Virus record (IMG/VR): IMGVR_UViG_3300048672_000512
Location: 1 to 64,000 of that record
Origin: a virus
Reading direction: 5' to 3' (one strand)
Length of the DNA stretch: 64,000 nucleotides
Shown: positions 40,759-49,398 of the stretch, piece by piece
Numbering within the stretch: the stretch's first letter is position 1
Layout of the letters: every line of letters begins with the position of its first letter
Notes under the pieces: model-generated
Seen by the model: only the letters and a program-made list of their open reading frames with translations
Databases searched by the model: none
Told to the model about the DNA's origin: nothing
Translations under genes and position numbers: made by a program

Positions 40759-40929
40759 TGGCTGAAATCTATGGTTTCCGAAGCACGCTTCCAGTCTTCG
40801 ACTACACCGTGTTTCCTGCTGTTTTTTCATTACAGAATCGACCGGAAACAGAGGTTTCCGGGCCGAGACGTGTATCTGGGTGCAGAAGCGAAAAACCCAT
40901 GAAAATGGCGTGTTTTCTGCGCTTTCTGG

Positions 40930-40945
40930 TGACACTGTGAATGCT
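40930..40945 (+). promoter_or_regulatory. Conserved intergenic motif, copy 2
   Basis: TGACACTGTGAATGCT, ending 40 nt before the queD start. Confidence 0.65.
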
Positions 40946-40984
40946 AATTGTTAAGCACGAAATCTCACTGTAAAAGGCATACCA

Positions 40985-41437
40985 ATGTTCAAATCGACCA
41001 AGACCTATGGTAGTGATCGCGGTTTTTCCGTAGCTCTGCGCAACCATCGCGCACGCAATGACAACTGTGAGTTGCTTCATGGTTACTCGCTGGGTTTCAA
41101 ATTCGTTTTCGCTTCACCTACCCTGGACGCTCGTGGATGGGTTGTTGACTTTGGCGGATTGCGTACGTTGAAAGAAGAGCTTGAACATAACTTCGATCAC
41201 ACTACTCTCATTGCTGAAGACGATCCAGAACTGGAAACCTTCAAGCTCTTGCACGATAAGAAGGCACTGAAGCTTAACGTGCTGCGCGGTGTTAGCTGCG
41301 AAGAGCTAGCCGAACAGGTCTTCAACCTGACTAGATTCTGGCTGGACACAAACGGCTATAAGCACGTCACGTTGGAAAGTGTTGAAGTATTCGAGCATGG
41401 TGCAAATAGTGCACTCTTCTACAACTCCAGCAAATAA
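40985..41437 (+). CDS. queD: 6-carboxy-5,6,7,8-tetrahydropterin synthase
   Basis: H...C..LHGYS Zn motif, WVVDFG.L, FDHTTL, SCEELA, V.VFE. Confidence 0.9.
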   Translation: MFKSTKTYGSDRGFSVALRNHRARNDNCELLHGYSLGFKFVFASPTLDARGWVVDFGGLRTLKEELEHNFDHTTLIAEDDPELETFKLLHDKKALKLNVLRGVSCEELAEQVFNLTRFWLDTNGYKHVTLESVEVFEHGANSALFYNSSK

Positions 41438-41463
41438 CGTCAGAGAACATCGGAGAACATCAA

Positions 41464-41856
41464 ATGAATAACCCTTATAGCGGCGTTCCGTCAAGCTCAG
41501 ACGCCTTCAGTCAATCCACATTAGTATGGATCAAGTTTCAGGTTGTAGGATTTCACTTCTATCCGAATGCACCTGACGACGTCTCTTACCTTCGAGACAA
41601 TCACCGCCATGTATTCAATTTCAAGGTTACGATTTCCGTAACGCATGATGAACGCGAGATTGAATTTCACCAGTTCAAGCGAGAGCTTCAGGCGCGCTAT
41701 TCATCGGAGGAGCAGTTCGGCGGATCCTCTTGCGAAACTATTGCAAAGAGCTTGCTGAACTACATCGTAGACAAGTACAAAGGACACGAGTTCGTGTCCG
41801 TTGAAGTTTCTGAAGATGACGAGTGTGGCTCGGTTGTAACCTGGGAAAGGGGTTAG
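41464..41856 (+). CDS. QueD-like T-fold paralogue (DpdL-like candidate)
   Basis: GFH.YP...L...HRHVF.F.V...V.H..REIEF..FK, SCETIA, VSEDDECG. Confidence 0.6.
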   Translation: MNNPYSGVPSSSDAFSQSTLVWIKFQVVGFHFYPNAPDDVSYLRDNHRHVFNFKVTISVTHDEREIEFHQFKRELQARYSSEEQFGGSSCETIAKSLLNYIVDKYKGHEFVSVEVSEDDECGSVVTWERG

Positions 41857-41862
41857 TAGATC

Positions 41863-42222
41863 ATGATAAAAGAAACTTGGTATCTGCTGTATCGTGTACT
41901 TGACAATGGCGAGCTGGAATTTGTCAGAAGGACAACAAGCGGATCGCTTGCTTTTTCCTGGTTCAACGATGTTGATACTTGCGTTCAGATAGTGACGGAT
42001 ACAAGTCTTTGCACGGCTACCGGGTGGGAAGACTTTCAAAACATACTGTCGTCAATAGCCCTGCGTATAAAGGCTAAGACAGAAGAGGCAACAAAAGATC
42101 TTCCCCAAGGAACTTGCCTCTCTTGTCGTGGCGATGGAGAAATAGGTGGTCAATTCTGTGGAGGTACTTATGAACAGTGTCCCGCCTGCAACGGTACAGG
42201 AGTTGCTACCAATGGCAAGTGA
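41863..42222 (+). CDS. Hypothetical protein with a DnaJ-type zinc finger
   Basis: CLSCRGDG...CPACNGTG. Confidence 0.7.
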   Translation: MIKETWYLLYRVLDNGELEFVRRTTSGSLAFSWFNDVDTCVQIVTDTSLCTATGWEDFQNILSSIALRIKAKTEEATKDLPQGTCLSCRGDGEIGGQFCGGTYEQCPACNGTGVATNGK

Positions 42223-42922
42223 TCCGCGTGCTAGTCTCTGCAAAGCTCCACTGTTCTACGGCAAAGAACTGGAAGGATTCTCGCAAGGAGAATACACGGT
42301 TTTCGTAACGGACATTCGCTACCTTTTGGAAAACGAAAACCTTGTTACTAGCGCAGCGTGGCTAGCTCACAGCTGCCTTCCGTCTAACGTTCGCTACCTA
42401 CATCCTTACCAGTGGCTGCACAGGCTGTACTTAGGTGCGGGTGAGCTATCTGATATTTCAATCAGCGACTTGCATGATCTGCTGACTTCTGAATATATAG
42501 CAGTTGTCAAGACACTAGTCGTAGAAGCTACAGCTGAGTGGTATCTAGCAAACGCGGCAGAGCTTAAGCATCTAGTGCAGGAGTTCAACTGCTCAAGTGC
42601 AAACAGAAGCGCAGCTCGCAGCCGATACCGTACAACCACAAAGCTTCAGTTTGAGTTTGTAGTTACCACAACAATGATAGGCTCTGGTGGCAGGTTTATA
42701 ACCGACTGTACTGAAAAAGAGTATGTAGCTGTTAAACACCTGCAAGACAGCTTTGAAGCCTGCAACGTATCTTTCTACTACAAAGTAGACGCGTGTAACG
42801 TAGTTGTTATCTCTATCAGAAACTCACTAGCAGGAAATACAGCAGTTAGGCTTAGTTCTGTGGGTGGCAAATACAGCAATGACGTGGACTTGACACCATA
42901 CATCGATGACATGAAAAGATGA
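42212..42922 (+). CDS. Hypothetical protein within the modification operon
   Basis: ATG 42212 overlaps the upstream gene; stop overlaps the dpdA ATG. Confidence 0.7.
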   Translation: MASDPRASLCKAPLFYGKELEGFSQGEYTVFVTDIRYLLENENLVTSAAWLAHSCLPSNVRYLHPYQWLHRLYLGAGELSDISISDLHDLLTSEYIAVVKTLVVEATAEWYLANAAELKHLVQEFNCSSANRSAARSRYRTTTKLQFEFVVTTTMIGSGGRFITDCTEKEYVAVKHLQDSFEACNVSFYYKVDACNVVVISIRNSLAGNTAVRLSSVGGKYSNDVDLTPYIDDMKR

Positions 42923-44247
42923 ACAAAAAAGAAAAGGAAGAGCTGCTACGCTCCGGTGTTGGGTATTACCTAGCACCTGCCTGCATAGATAGAATACTGC
43001 CATCGCTTATCAAAGAGGTTGCAGATGGGTCAACAGAGTTGACAGCGTCAACGCAGAAAGAAGGGGCGCTAGCTAAGTACCACCTAACGATGCCTGGAAA
43101 GAGTCTGTATATTGCTTCAGACTCTTACGCTTTGCGAAACACACAGCTTCTGAAATCAAAGAACTTCCACAACTGGCGAGCATTGTCCGACTCACCCTTT
43201 GGTCTGATAAATCACTTTGATAGTCCAGATCGGATTGCAGGTTTCCTGAAGTCTACCAAGTTGATTCTTCAGGACTCTGGTGGTTTTCAGATGGCTACCG
43301 GAAAGACAGACTTTGTGTGTCCTGAGTACGTTCTGGAAAAGCACAGAAACAACGCAGACATCGGAGTGACACTGGATATTCCGATCTACCCGTTCACGCA
43401 TGCTATAACAGCAGAGACAATACCAAGAGTTGCGTCAGTCACTGAAAGAACGAACCGATACTTTCTGAAGTCTGGCTATAGCAGCTTCATGAATCTGAAT
43501 CATGGAAGAAACATCAAGGAGCGTCTGAAGTGGATGGAGAGCACTCAGAAAAAGGCTCCGGGTGTCGCTCTATGCATCGGGGGTTTCATCAGCAACAATC
43601 GCAGAAAGGTGCTACCCAAAGCGTTTGCTGCAACGGTTGTCAAGCTCATTCAAGCGTCTGGGTATAGATACTTTCATGTTTTGGGTGTTAGTACAAGTTG
43701 GCAACAGATCATCCTAGCTTCAATAGCGCACAGGTATAAAGTGCTGATAACCAGCGACAGCACATCCTGGCTTACACTAGCGCGACGCGGCTGCTTGATA
43801 ACGCCTAACTATGACGTGTATCAGCTTCCAAAGTCAAAGCCTGGTCACAAGACAGACAAGCTTTTGAACTGCGTGTGTCCTGCTTGTTCCATCTTTCAGT
43901 ACGAAGCTTTGTACTCGCACAACACGCGGTTTGCTCTTGTGCACAATTTGCTAGCAGCAGACCGAATTGCTTCTCAAATCAACGCAGTTTTTGCTGGCAA
44001 TCCAGACCTGTCTGTAGACTGGGAGTCCAGTCTTGTGAAAGAGAACATGAAAGGCGTTGACGCCTACATAAACGGCGAACGTGTATGGAAGGACACAGAC
44101 GAACTGAAGACCGGAACAACCAAAATTCGAGAGTCGCTGTTCAGCAGCAGCGAAGACTTTGTGCATGCAGATCTGGCAACACAGAAGGCTTCCCTGAACA
44201 GAATTTTGACAGCATACGACAAGTTCTTTGCAGAAAGAGGAATCTAA
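42919..44247 (+). CDS. dpdA: tRNA-guanine-transglycosylase-like protein, probable DNA 7-deazaguanine transglycosylase (DpdA)
   Basis: ILQDSGGFQ catalytic Asp, TLDIP, FHVLG, TSDSTSW, CVCPAC...HN zinc site; next to queD/queE. Confidence 0.8.
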   Translation: MNKKEKEELLRSGVGYYLAPACIDRILPSLIKEVADGSTELTASTQKEGALAKYHLTMPGKSLYIASDSYALRNTQLLKSKNFHNWRALSDSPFGLINHFDSPDRIAGFLKSTKLILQDSGGFQMATGKTDFVCPEYVLEKHRNNADIGVTLDIPIYPFTHAITAETIPRVASVTERTNRYFLKSGYSSFMNLNHGRNIKERLKWMESTQKKAPGVALCIGGFISNNRRKVLPKAFAATVVKLIQASGYRYFHVLGVSTSWQQIILASIAHRYKVLITSDSTSWLTLARRGCLITPNYDVYQLPKSKPGHKTDKLLNCVCPACSIFQYEALYSHNTRFALVHNLLAADRIASQINAVFAGNPDLSVDWESSLVKENMKGVDAYINGERVWKDTDELKTGTTKIRESLFSSSEDFVHADLATQKASLNRILTAYDKFFAERGI

Positions 44248-44248
44248 C

Positions 44249-45463
44249 ATGAGCAAGATGTTTTACGTCGGTCTGGAGCGCTATCAGTCTCGCTACAGCT
44301 ATGATCTTGAGAATTGGACGCGCCAAGCCTGTGGTGAAAACTTTCCGCTTGAATTCGTTTCTGTTGGAGACAGCAAGTCGCTACACGCAATCAGCAACGG
44401 TCAGGTTCTTGACGCGTGTATTCGACCGCTACACGCGCTGATGCAGATTTCTGAGTTGATTCAATACGTGCAAGACGGAAGTCTAACTTCCGACGATCTG
44501 ATCTTCTTTGAAGACATGTACCATCCTGGCTTGGATGGTCTAGCTTACGCTCTTGCTCTGAAACGCGTCAAGCCACTTATCGTAGGTCGCTGCCTAGCGC
44601 AGACAATCGATCCAGACGATTTCACGTCAAACCATCCGGTGCTGCGCAAGTGGATGCCCAAGTATGAAAAGATGGCGCTTGACATCTTTGACGTACTGTT
44701 TGTTGCATCGCATGAAATGGTGAGCTTCATGCGAGCGGCTGGTTGGAACGCGCACGTGCTTGTTACCGGTCTTCCATTCAGCACAAAGTGTGTACGTGAA
44801 GTTGCAAACTGCAATCCTGATGGTATGCAGCCTGAAGGCTTTCACTCGCGCAAGCAGCGCGTGGTGTTTGCTTCGCGTCTTGACTGGGAAAAGCAACCCG
44901 TCTTCTTCCTTGAGGTTGCAAGAACAGTGCGTAAGATAGCACCGCATATCGAGTTTGCTTTCTTATCAGGCAAGCCGTGGTCAAGCAACAGACGGAGCAT
45001 TGAAGTTGAGATCCGCAAGGATATCAATGACGGTCTGGTTTCCATGTACGACAACCTTAGCAAGGAAGCGTACTACGATATTCTAAAAGACTCGCGTGTG
45101 CTGTTCAATTGCGCGCTGCAAGACTGGGTTTCAAACACGGTGTCTGAAGCTGATGCTCTTGGCTGCAATCTGGTGTTTCCTGCCTACCGCTCTTTTGTTG
45201 AGTTGTTTGTGGAGCGACAGTCCTGCCTGTACACACCTTGGAATGTAAAACAAGCAGCGGACGCGGTAATCGTAGCTTGTTGCAAGCCGGATGAAAAGAT
45301 CGGAAGTACGGCCGATATGATGTCAGCAATGACAGCTAGCAGCATGACACAACTTGCTGAGCTACTGCAAGATCATATTCAAGGAGAAGGCTTTTCGCAT
45401 GGAACTACGGTTGCTGACCTTGACAGGATGCATTTTAACCGAGCAGACTGGAGCTACACATGA
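44249..45463 (+). CDS. GT-B fold glycosyltransferase (GT4-like)
   Basis: FASRLDWEKQP and Y..IL...RVLFN.ALQDWVSNTVSEA.ALG....P nucleotide-sugar-binding pattern. Confidence 0.85.
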   Translation: MSKMFYVGLERYQSRYSYDLENWTRQACGENFPLEFVSVGDSKSLHAISNGQVLDACIRPLHALMQISELIQYVQDGSLTSDDLIFFEDMYHPGLDGLAYALALKRVKPLIVGRCLAQTIDPDDFTSNHPVLRKWMPKYEKMALDIFDVLFVASHEMVSFMRAAGWNAHVLVTGLPFSTKCVREVANCNPDGMQPEGFHSRKQRVVFASRLDWEKQPVFFLEVARTVRKIAPHIEFAFLSGKPWSSNRRSIEVEIRKDINDGLVSMYDNLSKEAYYDILKDSRVLFNCALQDWVSNTVSEADALGCNLVFPAYRSFVELFVERQSCLYTPWNVKQAADAVIVACCKPDEKIGSTADMMSAMTASSMTQLAELLQDHIQGEGFSHGTTVADLDRMHFNRADWSYT

Positions 45464-46311
45464 TTCCTATCTATGCAGATACAAATGTAGGGCCGAAGTT
45501 CTACACGCGAGCCGATGCGCTGCTTGTACGCCACACGTTCTTCACTATTCAGAGTGAAGGTCCATTCTGCGGGCGGCCTGCTTTCTTCATTCGCCTGGGA
45601 GGATGTAATCTTGGCGACAAGTCCAAGTACTGTTCTTTCTGTGACTCGGATTTCAGAGCAGAGCATTCCACGTATCAAACCTACCAAGAATTGCTTGACA
45701 AGATTCTTGAAGTAAGGGCGCCGCTTGAGTATGACCCGCTTATCGTGATCACGGGCGGTGAGCCGTTTCTGCAGGCTATACAGCTTCAGCGTTTTGTACG
45801 GCACTTGCATGAAAACTTGGACTGGGTTGAAATTCAATTTGAGTCCAACGGAACAATGTTTTCGCACATCCGCAGCCTACTAGCGCAAGCTGTCTACAAC
45901 TCCGTGTCTGTAGTCGTGTCTCCAAAAGCTGCAATGACGGATGATGGCTTACACTTCACGGGCGACCCTGGAGCTTCCTTCACCGACGCTGAAGAATCAG
46001 ACAGCGCATCTGAAGAAACCTGGTTTATTGCAGACAACCTCTATTACAAGTTTGTGGTTTCTGCAGATCCAACTTCAAAGCATAACCAGTTGCCTGCATG
46101 GGTAGACAGGATTCCGCCAGAGAAGGTTTACATATCTGCTATTGCAGAGTACAGGCGTGAACTGAAGCCTGGAGAAACCGCAAACCTGTGGGATGCGACT
46201 CTGATTGATCAGGCGAGTACTTCCAAGAACTACCAATATGCTGCTGAACTTGCAATGGAGAAAGGATTCAACCTGAGTGTACAGAGTCACCTTCTTTGCT
46301 CAATAGAATAA
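45460..46311 (+). CDS. queE: 7-carboxy-7-deazaguanine synthase (radical SAM)
   Basis: FFTIQSEG, FIRLGGCNL...CSFCDSDF, ITGGEP, FESNGT, VSPK, KFVV, LSVQSH. Confidence 0.9.
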   Translation: MIPIYADTNVGPKFYTRADALLVRHTFFTIQSEGPFCGRPAFFIRLGGCNLGDKSKYCSFCDSDFRAEHSTYQTYQELLDKILEVRAPLEYDPLIVITGGEPFLQAIQLQRFVRHLHENLDWVEIQFESNGTMFSHIRSLLAQAVYNSVSVVVSPKAAMTDDGLHFTGDPGASFTDAEESDSASEETWFIADNLYYKFVVSADPTSKHNQLPAWVDRIPPEKVYISAIAEYRRELKPGETANLWDATLIDQASTSKNYQYAAELAMEKGFNLSVQSHLLCSIE

Positions 46312-46436
46312 TGTATCAAGGATACCAAAGAAAGACAGACAGAAGGTTCTGTCTTGCGTGTGGATGCAACCGTTGGCATTTCAAAACCGAAAATGGCAAT
46401 TGGTATTGCATCGTGTGTTTCCGACTCTTAACCTAA
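46311..46436 (+). CDS. Small 41-aa zinc-ribbon protein (not in the ORF track)
   Basis: TAATG coupled; MYQGYQRKTDRRFCLACGCNRWHFKTENGNWYCIVCFRLLT has CxxC...CxxC. Confidence 0.6.
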   Translation: MYQGYQRKTDRRFCLACGCNRWHFKTENGNWYCIVCFRLLT

Positions 46437-46448
46437 GCGGGACGTCAA

Positions 46449-46814
46449 ATGATCAAGAAGATTTCAACCATGCTACTTCTGTGCGCTACAGTTTCACTAG
46501 CACCAGTTGTGCAAGCTGCAGAGGTTTCCTCAGATATCAATCTGCGCCCTATTGTTAGTACGGCTAGGGGCTTGGGTTATCTGCTTGGCACAAATGAAGA
46601 CGAGCGCAAGCTGTTTTTCGGTTACCTGTACGGAGCTTTAGGCATGGGGAACCATGTATTCTTTTGTCTTCCGGAAACTCCATCGATAAAGAGTATGGGG
46701 CTATTTGCAGTGCGTGCCTTTAACTCCATCCCAGAAGACAAACGGGACGTAGTAGAGGCAGCAGACGCTCTAGCTGTTTATCTGGCACTTCGATACAAGT
46801 GCACAAAGGCGTGA
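46449..46814 (+). CDS. Exported Rap1a/Tai-like (T6SS amidase immunity-like) protein
   Basis: Signal peptide (MIKKI...VQA|AE); GYLYG...FCLP...PE...AA..L..YL..RY.C pattern. Confidence 0.55.
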   Translation: MIKKISTMLLLCATVSLAPVVQAAEVSSDINLRPIVSTARGLGYLLGTNEDERKLFFGYLYGALGMGNHVFFCLPETPSIKSMGLFAVRAFNSIPEDKRDVVEAADALAVYLALRYKCTKA

Positions 46815-46822
46815 ACCTTGTG

Positions 46823-46855
46823 AAGGCTCTGTAGATAACTCTACAGAGCCTTTTT
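46823..46855 (+). terminator. 12-bp perfect hairpin plus T-run, 5 nt before the polymerase ATG
   Basis: AAGGCTCTGTAG-ATAACT-CTACAGAGCCTT-TTT. Confidence 0.7.
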
Positions 46856-46860
46856 AACTT

Positions 46861-49365
46861 ATGACCATGTTTACCGCCTACTTTGAAACTGGACAGCTGC
46901 GCTACCGTAGTGATCTTGAAGTCCTAAACCTTTCTGAGGTGGAAGACTTCTACAAGCTAGTGCCAGTATGTTCTAGAAACTGGAAGTCCTCCGAGTTCCG
47001 TCTTCTGGTTGTTGTGGAAGCTGTAGATCGTCAAGACCTGAAGACAGGAAAGCTTCTGTCTATGGACCTTGAAAAGGAGCGCGGTTCCTCCTACTACGCA
47101 AACACAATGACTGCACTTCTACCTGGGCTGCTTGACGCCTCATGGAAGATGTACACAGACTGGCTTGCAGTAGACAATGAAACACCTGAAGTTTCTGAAG
47201 TAGCTCTTGGTGTTGTCAATTTCAACGCTGCAAAGACGTACACGCTTGAGCCTACAGCAAGAAAGGCGATGCACAAGAAGTTTGCGGATCGTGTTATACA
47301 CGTGATCGATAGCATGAAACCCACGCATGTCTTTGTGTGTGGAGACACTGCTACCGTCAACCTGTTGGAATTGCTATCCGAACAGGATGTTCCTCACTGC
47401 GAAGTGAAGCGTGGCTGGGTTTTTGACCTAACGCACAAGAACCACAAGTTCAAGCTGGTTCCATCGCTGGATCTTGAAACGCTGTACAACCCAAAGGCTA
47501 ACGAGTCTGCAGATGACGACGACGGCGACTCAGACATGGCGGACAAGTACGCAACTGCAGATCTGCTGTACTTTGTAGGTCGCAACCTTGTAAACCTGTT
47601 TGCTGGACGGCACCTGTACTCTCTTAAGAGGCTGCGTCCAAAGGCCGTGTATGTAGACACCGTGGAACAGTTTGACAAGGTCATGGACCTTGTTGAATCT
47701 CCGGACGTTGAATATGTTGGCACAGACACGGAAGGTGCTAGCCTGAATGTAGTGACCAACAAGATATTTTCTGTGCAGTTTGCTGTAGACACAAAGGTTG
47801 GCTATGTCATACCGCTGTTGCATCCAGATACGCCGTTTGATGGAGAAGAGCTGAAGTATGTTTTCAAGCGACTTCGGAAGTTCTTTGGTGCTACCAAAGA
47901 GGCAAGCCTGAAGACGCTGGTGTACATCAACGGCAAGTTTGACCTGCGCTTTCTACGTGTGCAACTAGGCATTCCTGTCATTCTGCATCGCACCTATGAG
48001 GTTAACGCCGGCGAACAGCTTCTGGATGAAAACATTGGCTTGTTTGGTGGTGCTGATTCTGGAGGTCTGCGCTTTCGCAAGGATAACGACAAGGTCCGCA
48101 CCTCGTATCAAGGCCTCATGAATGCTCTGTGCCTGTACGAGAACGACGCTTACTACAATCTGCAGTTTTCAAAAGAAGACCGTGGAAACATGGGTGCGCA
48201 ACCGTTGAATGATCCAGACGTTCTCTACTACTGCGCGCATGACTCTGTAGCTGTCTTAGCCATGGCACGCATGCAGATACGTAGAGCTAAACATACATTC
48301 GTGCGTCCGAACTTTGACAGCAAGAAGCTGGTTCCATATTACAAGTATTTCATTCGGCACGTTGTTCTACAGATGGGGGCTACGGTTCAAGGTCTTTCCT
48401 ACATGGAGCAGAATGGCTCGCCCATTGACCTTGAATACCTGACCATTCTTGCTGGAAAGAAGTCACCTTTGCTTGCTGAAATCAATCAGCTGAACAACGA
48501 CATGCGGGCCTTCCCTAGCGTAGCTGCAACAGAGAAGCTGCTGTTGAAGTCTATGGGGCGCTCCGGTGGTGGTTTGCTTGGTTCCGTTGGAACTGCTGGC
48601 ATGTTCGACATATCTAAGCGGGATCACTTGCACAAGCTGTTCTACGAAGTGATGAAGCTTAAAGTGGTGTCGCATACAGGCGGTGGTGCCGTAGCAATCG
48701 ACAAAGAGTTCATAAACACCTACAGCGCGGATTACAAGGAAGTAGCAACCTTTGGTCAGTACACCAAGGTAACGAAGCTGATGTCAACCTACGTCAAAGG
48801 GTGGTTGAAGAAGATTCAAGTTTCGGTAGACGACCTAGCTAGAAGTGTTCTGAGTCCTGGCTTTGGATTCTTTACCATTGTCACTGGACGCCTGAACAGT
48901 TTCAAACCTTCTTTGCAGAACGTACCGTCACGCGGAGGTACGGCAAAGATAATCAAGCGAATGTTTCGAGCACCCAAGGGTTTTCTTAGCGTCAATTTCG
49001 ATTACAGCGCGAATGAAATCCGTGGCGGCGCTATCCTTGCAAAGGATGATAAGCTAGCCGGAGCTTTTCAAGATGGTATCGATCTACGTAAACAGTGGAT
49101 TGTAAAACCTTCAGCTGAACTTGCAGCCAGTCTAGCAACGCGCGGTGACGTCCATATTCAGAACGTCAAACGCCTGTTTGGTGTTTGGGTTGCAAAGTCC
49201 GACCCTCGCCGTAATGCCATTAAGGCAGTTGTGTTCGGTCTTATGTATGGAAAGGGTGCAGGAACCCTCGGTAAGGACTTGAAGAAGGACGCTCTGAATG
49301 AGGCTATGGATAAGCGTCGCAGTATCGTCAAACAGATACGGGAACTTGAAAAAGAAGTAAGCTGA
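46861..49365 (+). CDS. polA: Family A DNA polymerase, N-terminal part (UDG-like domain, 3'-5' exonuclease, motifs A and B)
   Basis: ExoI DTEG, ExoII NGKFD, ExoIII YCAHD; TGRLNSFKPSLQN; motif A DYSANEIR; motif B RNAIKAVVFGLMYG. Confidence 0.92.
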   Translation: MTMFTAYFETGQLRYRSDLEVLNLSEVEDFYKLVPVCSRNWKSSEFRLLVVVEAVDRQDLKTGKLLSMDLEKERGSSYYANTMTALLPGLLDASWKMYTDWLAVDNETPEVSEVALGVVNFNAAKTYTLEPTARKAMHKKFADRVIHVIDSMKPTHVFVCGDTATVNLLELLSEQDVPHCEVKRGWVFDLTHKNHKFKLVPSLDLETLYNPKANESADDDDGDSDMADKYATADLLYFVGRNLVNLFAGRHLYSLKRLRPKAVYVDTVEQFDKVMDLVESPDVEYVGTDTEGASLNVVTNKIFSVQFAVDTKVGYVIPLLHPDTPFDGEELKYVFKRLRKFFGATKEASLKTLVYINGKFDLRFLRVQLGIPVILHRTYEVNAGEQLLDENIGLFGGADSGGLRFRKDNDKVRTSYQGLMNALCLYENDAYYNLQFSKEDRGNMGAQPLNDPDVLYYCAHDSVAVLAMARMQIRRAKHTFVRPNFDSKKLVPYYKYFIRHVVLQMGATVQGLSYMEQNGSPIDLEYLTILAGKKSPLLAEINQLNNDMRAFPSVAATEKLLLKSMGRSGGGLLGSVGTAGMFDISKRDHLHKLFYEVMKLKVVSHTGGGAVAIDKEFINTYSADYKEVATFGQYTKVTKLMSTYVKGWLKKIQVSVDDLARSVLSPGFGFFTIVTGRLNSFKPSLQNVPSRGGTAKIIKRMFRAPKGFLSVNFDYSANEIRGGAILAKDDKLAGAFQDGIDLRKQWIVKPSAELAASLATRGDVHIQNVKRLFGVWVAKSDPRRNAIKAVVFGLMYGKGAGTLGKDLKKDALNEAMDKRRSIVKQIRELEKEVS

Positions 49366-49398
49366 GCTACCAACCCAAGAAATCACACGGAGAGTAAG

